Of a DNA stretch of 64,000 bases, positions 31,747 to 40,777 are shown piece after piece. Source of the stretch: Rhodoferax ferrireducens. GTDB lineage: Bacteria > Pseudomonadota > Gammaproteobacteria > Burkholderiales > Burkholderiaceae_C. The position numbers were made by a program, and so were the translations under genes. How positions within the stretch are numbered: position 1 is the stretch's first letter; each line of letters begins with the position of its first letter. The notes under the pieces are model-generated. The model ran no database searches and was not told the DNA's origin. It saw only the letters and a program-made list of their open reading frames with translations. Location of the stretch: assembly GCF_049302455.1 (NCBI RefSeq), contig NZ_JBAQMD010000118.1, positions 47,031 through 111,030 of the forward strand, given 5' to 3'.

Positions 31747-32655
31747 TCAGCTCAGCACCACGCTGCTCAGGCGGCGCCGGTAGGTCGCCACCACCGGGTC
31801 CACCGGCGGAATCTGGCCGTCGGCGACCTTGACCTTGGGCGGCTCGATGATGTCCAGAATCGCGATATAGGTCTTGCGCGCGAGGTCGTCGGCCCAGCTC
31901 TTGTCGCGCATCAAAATTTCCAGCAGCTCGTCCATGGCGCCGGTCCAGTCCTGCGCTGCGATCAGCGATTGGGCTTTGCCAAAGCGGGCATCGAAATCAC
32001 GCTTGTTCGCCGCAATCTTTGCATCAAATCCAGTTGTAGCCCCCGTCAAATCTGCGCGATCAGCTGCAAAATCAATAGCGTCCATCCAGCGCTGCAACGA
32101 ATCAAAGCGGCGCACCAACGCAGTCTTGGCAATCACCGGGGCGAAGGCGACTTTGGCGTCGTCCGTGCGCCCCTCTTGCAGCAGCCGTTTGACGTAGTTG
32201 AAGCGGGCCTCCTCGTCGTCCGGATTCTTGAGCACGGCCTGCTGCAGCGCCTCGCGGATGGCGTCGGGGTCGTTCTCATCGGGTGCGTCCGACACCGTCT
32301 CGGCCGTCACCTCGGCCTCCAGCACCTCACCGGCGGGCAGGTGTTTGTCCAGAAACGCCTTGATTTCGCCCTCCGGCAGGGCGCCCATGAAGCCATCGAC
32401 CGGCTTGCCCTGAAACATCAGCACGCAGGTGGGGATGCTGCGCACGCCAAAGGCCTGGCTGAGTTCCTGCTCCTGGTCGGAGTCGATCTTGACCAGCTTG
32501 AAGCGCCCGGCGTAAGCCGTCTCCAGCTTTTCCAGCAGCGGGCCGATGACTTTGCACGGGCCACACCAAGGGGCCCAGAAGTCGACCAGCACGGGAACAG
32601 TCATCGAGGCGGCAACCACCTCGGCGTCAAAATTTGCAATCGTTACGTTCATCAT
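31747..32655 (-). CDS. Thioredoxin-domain / TPR co-chaperone (YbbN-like)
   Basis: ORF 31747..32760, with MMNVTIANFDAEV (ATG 32655) preferred. WAPWCGPCK active site, then a helical TPR-like C-terminal half. Confidence 0.85.
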   Translation of the reverse strand: MMNVTIANFDAEVVAASMTVPVLVDFWAPWCGPCKVIGPLLEKLETAYAGRFKLVKIDSDQEQELSQAFGVRSIPTCVLMFQGKPVDGFMGALPEGEIKAFLDKHLPAGEVLEAEVTAETVSDAPDENDPDAIREALQQAVLKNPDDEEARFNYVKRLLQEGRTDDAKVAFAPVIAKTALVRRFDSLQRWMDAIDFAADRADLTGATTGFDAKIAANKRDFDARFGKAQSLIAAQDWTGAMDELLEILMRDKSWADDLARKTYIAILDIIEPPKVKVADGQIPPVDPVVATYRRRLSSVVLS

Positions 32656-32761
32656 GGGGGGCAGTTCGGGTTGGGGGTAAGTAAAATTCAATTTAATCAA
32701 CTTGCGGGACAGACCGCAGCCGGCCAAGCGTAGCGCACCGGCAAGCACTGTCCTCAACACT

Positions 32762-33253
32762 ATGAAAATTCAAATCGGTGTCGTTATGGGCTCCAGCTCC
32801 GACTGGGACACGATGCAACACGCAGTCCACATTCTCCAACAGTTTGGCATCACACACGAGGCCCGTGTGGTTTCGGCCCATCGCATGCCCGACGATATGT
32901 TTGCTTACGCTGAAACGGCGCGCGCACGCGGCCTGCAAGCCATCATCGCCGGGGCCGGTGGCGCGGCGCACTTGCCGGGCATGCTGGCCGCCAAGACCAC
33001 CGTGCCGGTGCTGGGCGTGCCGGTGGCGTCCAGGCATCTGTCGGGCGTGGACTCGCTGCACAGCATTGTGCAAATGCCCAAGGGCGTGCCGGTCGCGACC
33101 TTCGCCATTGGCGCGGCCGGCGCGGCCAACGCCGCGCTGTTTGCGGTGGCCATGCTGGCCAATCACGACACCGCGCTGCGGACCCAGCTTGACGCCTTTC
33201 GTGCCGCGCAAACCGAAACCGCCCGCGGCATGACCCTGCCGCCACGGCTATGA
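32762..33253 (+). CDS. purE: N5-carboxyaminoimidazole ribonucleotide mutase
   Basis: ORF 32702..33253, with ATG 32762 preferred. [25 protein letters not shown] and [14 protein letters not shown] blocks. Confidence 0.95.
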   Translation: MKIQIGVVMGSSSDWDTMQHAVHILQQFGITHEARVVSAHRMPDDMFAYAETARARGLQAIIAGAGGAAHLPGMLAAKTTVPVLGVPVASRHLSGVDSLHSIVQMPKGVPVATFAIGAAGAANAALFAVAMLANHDTALRTQLDAFRAAQTETARGMTLPPRL

Positions 33254-34464
33254 GCGTCAAGACCATTCTGCCCGGCACGACAGGCACGGCCGCAACCGCC
33301 GGCAGCGGCCAGCAAACGACGCTTGGCGTCATGGGCGGCGGTCAATTGGGCCGCATGTTTGTGCAGGCGGCGCAAGCCATGGGTTACTTCACCGCGGTGC
33401 TCGACCCGGACGTGATCAGCCCGGCCGGGCTGGTGAGTCACTACCACATTCAGAGCGACTACCTGAACGAGCAAGGCCTGGCGCAGCTGATGCAGCGCTG
33501 CGCGGCGATCACCACCGAGTTTGAGAACGTGCCCGCTCCCGCCTTGGTCACGCTGGGCGCGCACCGTCCCGTGGCGCCGGGTGCCGAGGCGGTCGGCATC
33601 GCACAGGACCGGATCAAGGAAAAAGCGCATTTTGTGCGCTGTGGCGTGCCGGTAGCACCCTATGCGGTGATTGAAACAGCGGCGCAGCTGGCGGCGGTGG
33701 CCGACGATTTGCTCCCCGGCATCCTGAAGACTGCGCGCCTGGGTTACGACGGCAAGGGCCAGCTGCGCGTTGGCAGCCGGGCCGAACTGGCTGCGGCCTG
33801 GGATGAACTGAAGAACGTGGCTTGCGTGCTGGAAAAAATGCTGCCACTGCAAGCCGAGTGTTCGGTGATCGTGGCGCGCGGCTGGGACGGCAGCTGCGTC
33901 AACTTCGCGCCACAACTCAACCTGCACCGCGACGGCATTCTGGCGGTCACCCAGGCTTATGAAGGAAATATGCCTTCAGCCCTCGTGCAGCAAGCGGTAG
34001 CAGCTACCAAATCAATAGCAGATGAATTGCGGTACGTGGGTGTTCTGTGTGTCGAGTTTTTCTTGCTGCAAGACGACTCCAAAGCGGCGCAGACGCTGGG
34101 CACCTTGATCGTGAACGAGATGGCGCCGCGCCCGCACAACAGCGGCCACTACACGCTGGACGCCTGCGACCTGTCGCAGTTTGACCTGCAGGTGCGCACG
34201 CTCACCGGTTTGCCGCTGCTGCAGCCGCGCCAGCACAGCCCGGCCATCATGCTCAATTTACTGGGCGATTTGTGGATCGATGGCGCGTCGCCGCCGTGGG
34301 ATCAGGTGTTGGCGCTGCCGGGTGCGCATCTGCACCTGTACGGCAAGCTCAAAGCCAGCAAGGGCCGCAAGATGGGACACCTGACCTTCACCGGCGCCAC
34401 CGTGGCCGAGGTGCGCGCCACGGCGCTGGCGGCAGCCCGGCTGCTGGGCATTGACCCCTTTTGA
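33250..34464 (+). CDS. purK: N5-carboxyaminoimidazole ribonucleotide synthase
   Basis: 404 aa with an ATGA overlap to purE. ATP-grasp idiom ([32 protein letters not shown]). Confidence 0.9.
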   Translation: MSVKTILPGTTGTAATAGSGQQTTLGVMGGGQLGRMFVQAAQAMGYFTAVLDPDVISPAGLVSHYHIQSDYLNEQGLAQLMQRCAAITTEFENVPAPALVTLGAHRPVAPGAEAVGIAQDRIKEKAHFVRCGVPVAPYAVIETAAQLAAVADDLLPGILKTARLGYDGKGQLRVGSRAELAAAWDELKNVACVLEKMLPLQAECSVIVARGWDGSCVNFAPQLNLHRDGILAVTQAYEGNMPSALVQQAVAATKSIADELRYVGVLCVEFFLLQDDSKAAQTLGTLIVNEMAPRPHNSGHYTLDACDLSQFDLQVRTLTGLPLLQPRQHSPAIMLNLLGDLWIDGASPPWDQVLALPGAHLHLYGKLKASKGRKMGHLTFTGATVAEVRATALAAARLLGIDPF

Positions 34465-35642
34465 GTGCAACACCCAGCATGATCCTGGATGGTTTTGCCG
34501 CAAGTTCCATCGCGCTTGGTGCCCAACGCATCAGGGCTGGCGACTTATTGGGCTTGCCCACTGAGACGGTGTACGGCTTGGCCGCGGATGCCGAAAACGA
34601 CGCGGCCGTGGCGCAGATCTTCAAGGCCAAGGGCCGCCCGGTGGACCACCCGCTGATCGTGCATGTGCGCGATGCAGGCTGCGTGGGGCACTTTGCAGCT
34701 CAGGTGCCGGACTTTGCCGACCGGCTCATGCAAGCCTTCTGGCCCGGGCCGCTGACGCTGATCCTGCCGCGCCGCCCCGGTGTGGCCAGCGCGGCCGCCG
34801 GTGGGCAGGACACGATTGGCCTGCGCTGCCCGTCGCACCCGGTGGCGCAAGCGCTGCTCCAGGCGCTGCGCCTGAATGGGGGGCAGATTCCCGCTCATTC
34901 TGAAAGCGCAGAGTCGCAAGAGAAAGAATGGGCATCTCAGCCCCATGGGGTCTGGGGCATCGCCGCCCCCAGCGCGAATCAGTTTGGCCGGGTCAGCCCG
35001 ACCACCGCCGCGCATGTGCAAAGCGAGTTTGGCCCTGACTTGCTGATTCTGGACGGTGGTGCCTGCACGGTCGGCATCGAGTCCACCATCATCGACTGCA
35101 CGCGCGGCCAGCCGGTGCTGTTGCGGCCCGGCGCCATCACGCGCGAACAGGTGCAAGCCGCTTGTGGCCTGAAAGTGCTGTTGAAGGACGAGCTGGCGAC
35201 GCATGCTGCGCCCGCGCCCAGGGCCTCCGGCACGCTGGAGTCGCATTACGCACCGAAGGCCACGGTACGGCTGATGGATGCGGCTGCGCTGCAAGCCGCG
35301 CTCGCTCGGTGGGTGGCTGATGAGGCTGCGATGGGCCCTGCAGCCAGCGCTGCGGTCGCTACCCAGGCGCAGGCCCCAGCGCTGCCGACGATTGCCGTCT
35401 ATGCCCGCAGCGTCCACCCAAGCCATTCGTCCCGGCTGCTGTCGCAACACATGCCCGCTGACGCGGCAGCGGCGGCGCGTGAATTGTTTGCCGTGCTGCG
35501 CCATCTGGATGCCCAGGGCGTGCAGCAGATGTGGATTGAGACGCCACCTGCGGGTGCCGAGTGGGACGGTGTGCGCGACCGCCTGCAACGGGCAGCCAGC
35601 CAGGTCGGCAACCCAAGCTGGCGAGATAGACGACAGCCATGA
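34461..35642 (+). CDS. L-threonylcarbamoyladenylate synthase family protein (Sua5/YrdC/TsaC)
   Basis: 393 aa. YrdC idiom GLPTETVYGLAADAENDAAVAQIFKAKGRPVDHPLIVHV with a Sua5-like C-terminal extension. Confidence 0.85.
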   Translation: MSATPSMILDGFAASSIALGAQRIRAGDLLGLPTETVYGLAADAENDAAVAQIFKAKGRPVDHPLIVHVRDAGCVGHFAAQVPDFADRLMQAFWPGPLTLILPRRPGVASAAAGGQDTIGLRCPSHPVAQALLQALRLNGGQIPAHSESAESQEKEWASQPHGVWGIAAPSANQFGRVSPTTAAHVQSEFGPDLLILDGGACTVGIESTIIDCTRGQPVLLRPGAITREQVQAACGLKVLLKDELATHAAPAPRASGTLESHYAPKATVRLMDAAALQAALARWVADEAAMGPAASAAVATQAQAPALPTIAVYARSVHPSHSSRLLSQHMPADAAAAARELFAVLRHLDAQGVQQMWIETPPAGAEWDGVRDRLQRAASQVGNPSWRDRRQP

Positions 35643-35647
35643 AAAAT

Positions 35648-35675
35648 CCCCTGCGAATCTCTCGGCTCGCAGGGG
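35648..35675. terminator. Bidirectional hairpin between convergent genes
   Basis: cccctgcga-(10-nt loop)-tcgcagggg, lying between the stop of the Sua5-family gene and the stop of ompW. Confidence 0.5.
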
Positions 35676-35699
35676 ATGTCAGGCATTTGGCTTGGTCGT

Positions 35700-36386
35700 T
35701 TAGAACTTGTAGCCGACAGCGATACCGTAGGCGGCTGGGTCCAGGTCCATGTCCATGTGTTGACCGGTGGACATGTGGGTGGTGGTGCTGAGCTTGGACT
35801 TGGTATAGAAGACGTCAATAAACCACTTCTCATTCAAGGCCAGCGTAGCGCCGATTTGCGGCGTCAGGATGAACTTGGCATCGACGTTGAGTTGGGTCGG
35901 CGGGCCACCGGGGTTGGTGGTGGCGGTCAAACGGCCGCTGCCTTCTTCGTTAAAGAAATAGGCGTAAGTGACACCCAAGCCGATGTAGGGTCGGAACTTG
36001 GCATTGGCCTCCAGAAAACGGTATTGCAGGAACAGGGTCACCGGCAGCGCCTGAACCGTGCCCAGGTCACCGGAGCCGGCCATGGAGCCGGCACCAATGA
36101 TCCTGTGCTTGAAGGGCAGCGCCAGCGGCACGTCCACCGACCAGTGATCGGTGTACATGTAGGTGATACCGCCGCTGAGCTGGGTGTCAGCGCCGACATC
36201 GGACTTGGTGCAGCCGGTGGGGCCGTCGCCGAAATCAGGCGCCGACAGGCAGCTGCTGTTGACCGATGGCGCCAGTTTGGTGACACCGGCACGCACCATC
36301 CAGGTGCCTGCGGTTTGGGCGCAGACGCCACCGGCAGTTAGCATGGCGGCAACCGCCACAGTGAGGAACTTCACTTGATATGTCAT
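35700..36386 (-). CDS. ompW: OmpW-family outer membrane protein
   Basis: 228 aa with a signal peptide. OmpW idiom (W.VRAG.T.L.P, terminal GIAVGYKF). Confidence 0.85.
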   Translation of the reverse strand: MTYQVKFLTVAVAAMLTAGGVCAQTAGTWMVRAGVTKLAPSVNSSCLSAPDFGDGPTGCTKSDVGADTQLSGGITYMYTDHWSVDVPLALPFKHRIIGAGSMAGSGDLGTVQALPVTLFLQYRFLEANAKFRPYIGLGVTYAYFFNEEGSGRLTATTNPGGPPTQLNVDAKFILTPQIGATLALNEKWFIDVFYTKSKLSTTTHMSTGQHMDMDLDPAAYGIAVGYKF

Positions 36387-36413
36387 AAAGGTTTCTCCTT
36401 GAAGTTCAATGGA

Positions 36414-37829
36414 TTAAAGCCAGCCCGCGATGACCAAGGCCTTGGTCACGTACTGGGCCAACAGCTTGTGACCGTAGGGCGTGGGGTGGACGTTGTCGGC
36501 GAAGAGGTAATGCGACGTATCACCTGCGATGAGGTTGCCTGCGTTGCAGACCAAAGAACTGCCGTCCGCTTTTCCTGCCGTGGCCAGCACGTTGACGGGG
36601 GAAGTCAGGTTACAAGCCACATCCTTCACATTCGTCAAGGCGTAATGCGCCTTGTTCGCCAGTTGCCGCCGATTCTCGGCAAAGGCATCCACAAAGACCA
36701 CACCGGGGACCGCAACACCGGGCGAAACTTCCAACGCGGTTTGCAGGGTCGTATTGAATTGGGACGTCAATGCCAACACAAGCTGCTGCTGGGAATTGTC
36801 CTTGATGCTGCCATCCGTGTTGTAAACAATGGTGGCCATCGCCATCGGTGTCTGGCTGACATCGGGAATATTGACCACCACCACATGCTTGGCTCCGCTG
36901 GTGATCATGCTCTTGACAGAATTGGCCAGGGCGGTGGCTGCAACGGCCATGCCGGTCATCGCATTGGCTGCACCGGTCGTGGCGAGGTAGGTGTTCCCGG
37001 CGGCGATGGCGGCCGCACCGGCGGTCTGAGCAATCGTTGCCGCGTTGGCTACAGCGGTGTTGGTGTAGCCGTTCATTGCGGCGTGAGTGGCGGCAGCCGT
37101 CACGGCAGCAGTGATGATGCTGGTCGGCGTCGCCGTTGTTTTAACCGCTTCGGTCTGAATGGCGCCGCCAATAAACGCCTGAGCGGCCAACTGATTGGCC
37201 GGAGGTGCACCAGCCACCAGTTGGGTCACCAACGATGTCGCCAGAGCAGCACCACCGGCTGCAGTGGCATCCGCTTTTAACTTGTCGGTCTGCCCAAACA
37301 AGTCGTTGGCACCACCGAGCACCGTGACCAGTTCGGTACCAGCAAAACTGCCACCATCAGCCAGATAGTTTGCAATCTGCGTCACCACGGGCTCGGTGAG
37401 CGGGCCGGCTGTAAATCCAACACCGACAGGATTGCCCACCCCTTTTGGATCGACAACACGGGCGCCGCCCTGGGCGTAGTTGGTGCACCCTGCGACCACG
37501 CTTTCGACGACACCAAAGCCACCCGTACGCGCCGCGCAGGATGTCTTGCCAATGGCCGCGGCTGAAACCAATTGCGCCCAGTTGTAGCTGGGGACTGGAT
37601 CGGCACCAACGGCACTGGCACTGGCAATGCCATTGACGGTAAACATGCCCCCGCCCGAAGCTTTGATCGGACCCACGCTGTAAGTCCCGGCATCGCTCAG
37701 GCTGTCGCCAAACGACACCACGCTGGCGTATTTGACAGCCGGGGACTGGTCCCCATCACCGCCGCCGCCGCAGGCGGCCACCAGCAGCGCGGCGGCGAAG
37801 GCCGTTGCTAGAACTCTGAATTGCTTCAT
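36414..37829 (-). CDS. Secreted SGNH/GDSL-family hydrolase (lipase/esterase)
   Basis: 471 aa with a lipoprotein-type signal (LLVAACGG). Block I VSFGDSLSDAG and block V FADNVHPTPYGH. A long Ala/Thr-rich insert lies between the blocks. Confidence 0.8.
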   Translation of the reverse strand: MKQFRVLATAFAAALLVAACGGGGDGDQSPAVKYASVVSFGDSLSDAGTYSVGPIKASGGGMFTVNGIASASAVGADPVPSYNWAQLVSAAAIGKTSCAARTGGFGVVESVVAGCTNYAQGGARVVDPKGVGNPVGVGFTAGPLTEPVVTQIANYLADGGSFAGTELVTVLGGANDLFGQTDKLKADATAAGGAALATSLVTQLVAGAPPANQLAAQAFIGGAIQTEAVKTTATPTSIITAAVTAAATHAAMNGYTNTAVANAATIAQTAGAAAIAAGNTYLATTGAANAMTGMAVAATALANSVKSMITSGAKHVVVVNIPDVSQTPMAMATIVYNTDGSIKDNSQQQLVLALTSQFNTTLQTALEVSPGVAVPGVVFVDAFAENRRQLANKAHYALTNVKDVACNLTSPVNVLATAGKADGSSLVCNAGNLIAGDTSHYLFADNVHPTPYGHKLLAQYVTKALVIAGWL

Positions 37830-37982
37830 CTGTTGACTCCAATAAAATAAAAAAGAACGGTCGTGCTATTTACGGGTCAAATCATAGGTTGCCGGCCACA
37901 AGGCGGGTATTGGGGTAAACCCCTTTTCGACGATTTTTGACGAGGCGACCCGAAGTCCGGGCTCAGGCCAATGGGGAGCGAT

Positions 37983-38246
37983 TCACCGAAACCGCAGCTT
38001 CATCACCAGAATGCCCCCGGCCAGGACCAGCGTGACGACGTTGGCGATCACGATCGGCCAGGCGCCCAGCAACAGGCCATAAATCAGCCAGCAGGCGACA
38101 CCGGCGGTAAAGACGCTGTACATGCCCAGCGAGATGCCGCGCACGTCGCGTGTTGTGAAGGTGTGCCAGGCTTGCGGCACAAAGCTGACGGTGGTCAGGA
38201 CGGCGGCGCAGTAGCCAAATAGTTCAGTCAGGGACATGGGCGCCAT
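37983..38246 (-). CDS. SemiSWEET (PQ-loop) transporter
   Basis: 87 aa with three TM helices and a PQ motif (VSFVPQAWH). Its start overlaps the 3' end of dacB by 14-23 nt depending on the start chosen. Confidence 0.7.
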   Translation of the reverse strand: MAPMSLTELFGYCAAVLTTVSFVPQAWHTFTTRDVRGISLGMYSVFTAGVACWLIYGLLLGAWPIVIANVVTLVLAGGILVMKLRFR

Positions 38247-39702
38247 TGTCTCTCACCGTCCAGTCCAGCAGCGCATCGATGGCCGGGCGCGCGGCATTGG
38301 CGTTGGGGTGATTGATGAGGGCGACCAGCACGTAGCGCCGGCCGCTATGGGCATGCACATAACCGGCTACCGCCACCACGCCGCGCAGGCTGCCGGTTTT
38401 GAGGTGCGCCCGGCCCTGCGACTGCGCTTGACTGCGTTTGAGCGTGCCGTCGACACCGGCAATCGGCAGTGAACTCATCAGTTCGGGCATCAGGGGCGAC
38501 ACGTAGGCCGACTGCAGCAGGCGCGCCAGCGCCTGGGCGCTGATGCGCGCCTCGCGCGACAGGCCAGAGCCGTTGTCCAGCGTGGGCACGTCCGTGGCAC
38601 CGATGCGTTGCTGCCACCAACGCTGCACCAGGTCGCGCGAAGCCGCACGCGTGCCCTGGCCCTGGGCACTCAGGCTGAGCGTCAGGAACAGTTGTTGCGC
38701 CATCACGTTGTTGCTGTACTTGTTGATATCGCGGATCACCTCGGCCAGCGGCGGCGAAGCGACTTCAAACGTGGGCGGCAGCCCCAGGGCCAGCGGCGGC
38801 ACGGAGCCCAAGCGCACCGTGCCGCCAAGCTGGCCGCCCATTTGTTGCCACAGGCCTTGCACAGCGCGCGCGTTGTAGCTGGCGGGGTCGGCGTAGGCGA
38901 CGGGCCAGACTTTCTCCAGGCAACTCGCCGGGTAGCTGCCCGCAAAGCGGATGCGCGCCGGGTCAGAGAAATCAGCCCTGAGCGCTGCCCGGTAGTCGCC
39001 ACAACTGCCATTCGTGCCCTTTGTCCCATTGGTCCCATTAGTCCCCTTCGTTCCATTGGCCAGTGGCACGCTGGTCTGCATCTGCACACCATACAGCGGC
39101 GGCTCGAACTGCACCGATGCGCTGTTGGCTGCCAAGTCCGGCACGAAGGTCATGACGACGGATTTGAAGTTGAGCAGCAGCGCGTCGGGCGCCACGTTGT
39201 AGGGGCGCAGCGGCTCGCCGTCAAAGCTGGCCGGGTCCACGTCCAGCGGCTCAAAGGCGCTGTGATCCAGCACCATGTCACCGGCGATTTTTTGGATCCC
39301 CAGGCCTTGCACCCGGCGCAGCAGCAGCCACAGGCGCTCGGCCACCAGCTTGGGGTCGCCCTGGCCCTTGATATAGAGATTGCCAAACAAAGTGCCGTCC
39401 CTCACGGCGCCTTCCACATAGACCGGCGTGCGCCAGCTGTAGGCCGGGCCCAGCAGGTCCAGCGCCGCGTAGGTGGTCACCAGCTTCATCACCGAGGCCG
39501 GGTTCATGGGCACGTTGGCGCGGTAGCTCAGGCGCGGCGGCAATTTGCCCTCGGCATCCATCACCAGCAGCGCCACGGCATCGCGCGGCACCTGGGCGCG
39601 CGCCAGCGCCGCGTCCACCTCGGGCGGCAGGTTTTGTGCCAGGGCGGGCCACAGCGTCAAGGCCCCGATCAAAATAGCCAGCAAGCGAATAGGGGAGGAC
39701 AT
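38224..39702 (-). CDS. dacB: D-alanyl-D-alanine carboxypeptidase/endopeptidase (PBP4)
   Basis: ORF 38224..39987, with ATG 39702 (MSSPIRLLAILIGALTLWPALAQ signal) preferred. Active site PASVMKL and PBP4 idiom DGSGLSR, LKTGSL. Confidence 0.85.
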   Translation of the reverse strand: MSSPIRLLAILIGALTLWPALAQNLPPEVDAALARAQVPRDAVALLVMDAEGKLPPRLSYRANVPMNPASVMKLVTTYAALDLLGPAYSWRTPVYVEGAVRDGTLFGNLYIKGQGDPKLVAERLWLLLRRVQGLGIQKIAGDMVLDHSAFEPLDVDPASFDGEPLRPYNVAPDALLLNFKSVVMTFVPDLAANSASVQFEPPLYGVQMQTSVPLANGTKGTNGTNGTKGTNGSCGDYRAALRADFSDPARIRFAGSYPASCLEKVWPVAYADPASYNARAVQGLWQQMGGQLGGTVRLGSVPPLALGLPPTFEVASPPLAEVIRDINKYSNNVMAQQLFLTLSLSAQGQGTRAASRDLVQRWWQQRIGATDVPTLDNGSGLSREARISAQALARLLQSAYVSPLMPELMSSLPIAGVDGTLKRSQAQSQGRAHLKTGSLRGVVAVAGYVHAHSGRRYVLVALINHPNANAARPAIDALLDWTVRDNGAHVPD

Positions 39703-39745
39703 GCACCGATTATCCAGCCGCCGCTGCGCCACGGATAATGGCGTG

Positions 39746-40777
39746 ATGCACGCTGCCTCACCCTCGAATTCAAGCGCTTTTTCAGCGCGCACCATCGGCA
39801 TCGCCGCCGCCGTGGTCACGGTGCTGGTCTGGACCTCGTTCATCCTGATCGCCCGCGTATCAAGCGACCCGGCGCGCGGCGGCACGCTCACCCCCTTCGA
39901 CCTGGCCTTTTGCCGCATCGTCGGCGCCAGTCTGGTGTTGTTGCCCTGGGGCGCTTGGCTGGTGTACCGCGATCGCGATCGCGGCATCCATCAGTCGTCG
40001 CTGCTGGGCGTGTCGCCTTTGTGCTGGCGCGTCACCGCCACGGTGGGCCTGTTTGGCGGGCTGCTGTATGCGCTGGTGGCCTACAACGGTTTTGTGTTTG
40101 CCCCGGCGGCGCACGCCTCGGTGTTGCTGCCGGGCAGTCTGCCGCTGTGGACGGCGCTGCTGGCGGCGCTGATTTTGCATGACCACATCACGCCGGTGCG
40201 CGCGCTGGGGCTGGGGCTGATCGTTCTGGGCGACCTGCTGGTGGGCGGCAAGAGCCTGATCGGCGCCTTCGACGGCGGCGAGGTCTGGAAGGGCGATCTG
40301 CTGTTCATGCTGGCGGCTTTGACTTGGGCCTGTTACAGCGTGCTGGCGCGGCGCTATCACCTGAACGCGGTGCGCGCCACCATTGCCATCACCGCGTTTG
40401 CGTTTGTGACTTATGTGCCGGTTTACACCGTGCTGCTGCTCGGTGGCTGGGTACAGGGCCAGGTGTTTAGCGCGCCGCTGCGCGAAGTGCTGTTCCAGGC
40501 TGTCTTTCAGGGCTGGGGCTCGGTGGTGGTATCGGGCATCACGTTTACCAAGATGATCCAGCACTTTGGCCCGGTGCGCTCGACCATGATCACGGCGCTG
40601 GTGCCGGGCCTGTCGGCCCTGGGCGCGGTGCTGTTGTTGGGCGAACCGCTGTACTGGAATCTGGCTGCGGGCCTGGTCCTGGTGACGCTGGGGATTTTGT
40701 TTGGGGTGCGGGTGGCGCTACCTGTTGCAATTAAAACAATAGCTTCTCAAGCAGGTAGCACGGGGGCTAGAGGCTGA
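39746..40777 (+). CDS. DMT-superfamily (EamA) permease
   Basis: ORF 39545..40777, whose 5' part is antisense to dacB. ATG 39746 preferred. About 10 TM helices, two-EamA-repeat style. The last 15 codons are supplied by repeat copy 3. Confidence 0.8.
   Translation: MHAASPSNSSAFSARTIGIAAAVVTVLVWTSFILIARVSSDPARGGTLTPFDLAFCRIVGASLVLLPWGAWLVYRDRDRGIHQSSLLGVSPLCWRVTATVGLFGGLLYALVAYNGFVFAPAAHASVLLPGSLPLWTALLAALILHDHITPVRALGLGLIVLGDLLVGGKSLIGAFDGGEVWKGDLLFMLAALTWACYSVLARRYHLNAVRATIAITAFAFVTYVPVYTVLLLGGWVQGQVFSAPLREVLFQAVFQGWGSVVVSGITFTKMIQHFGPVRSTMITALVPGLSALGAVLLLGEPLYWNLAAGLVLVTLGILFGVRVALPVAIKTIASQAGSTGARG
40730..40774 (+). repeat. Dispersed ~45-bp repeat, copy 3 (plus orientation; left flank of the two-gene cassette)
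   Basis: attaaaacaATAGCTtctcaagcaggtagcACGGGGGCTAGAGGC, ending immediately before the DMT stop codon. Confidence 0.7.

Noticed and set aside
34545-36341. Long ORFs 34545..35588(-) and 35676..36341(+)
   Set aside because: They are antisense to the Sua5/TsaC-family gene and to ompW respectively, and have no motifs.
38608-39738. 376-aa plus-strand ORF
   Set aside because: It is antisense to dacB (PBP4), which has clear catalytic motifs. The product is Arg/His/Gly-rich with no motif.
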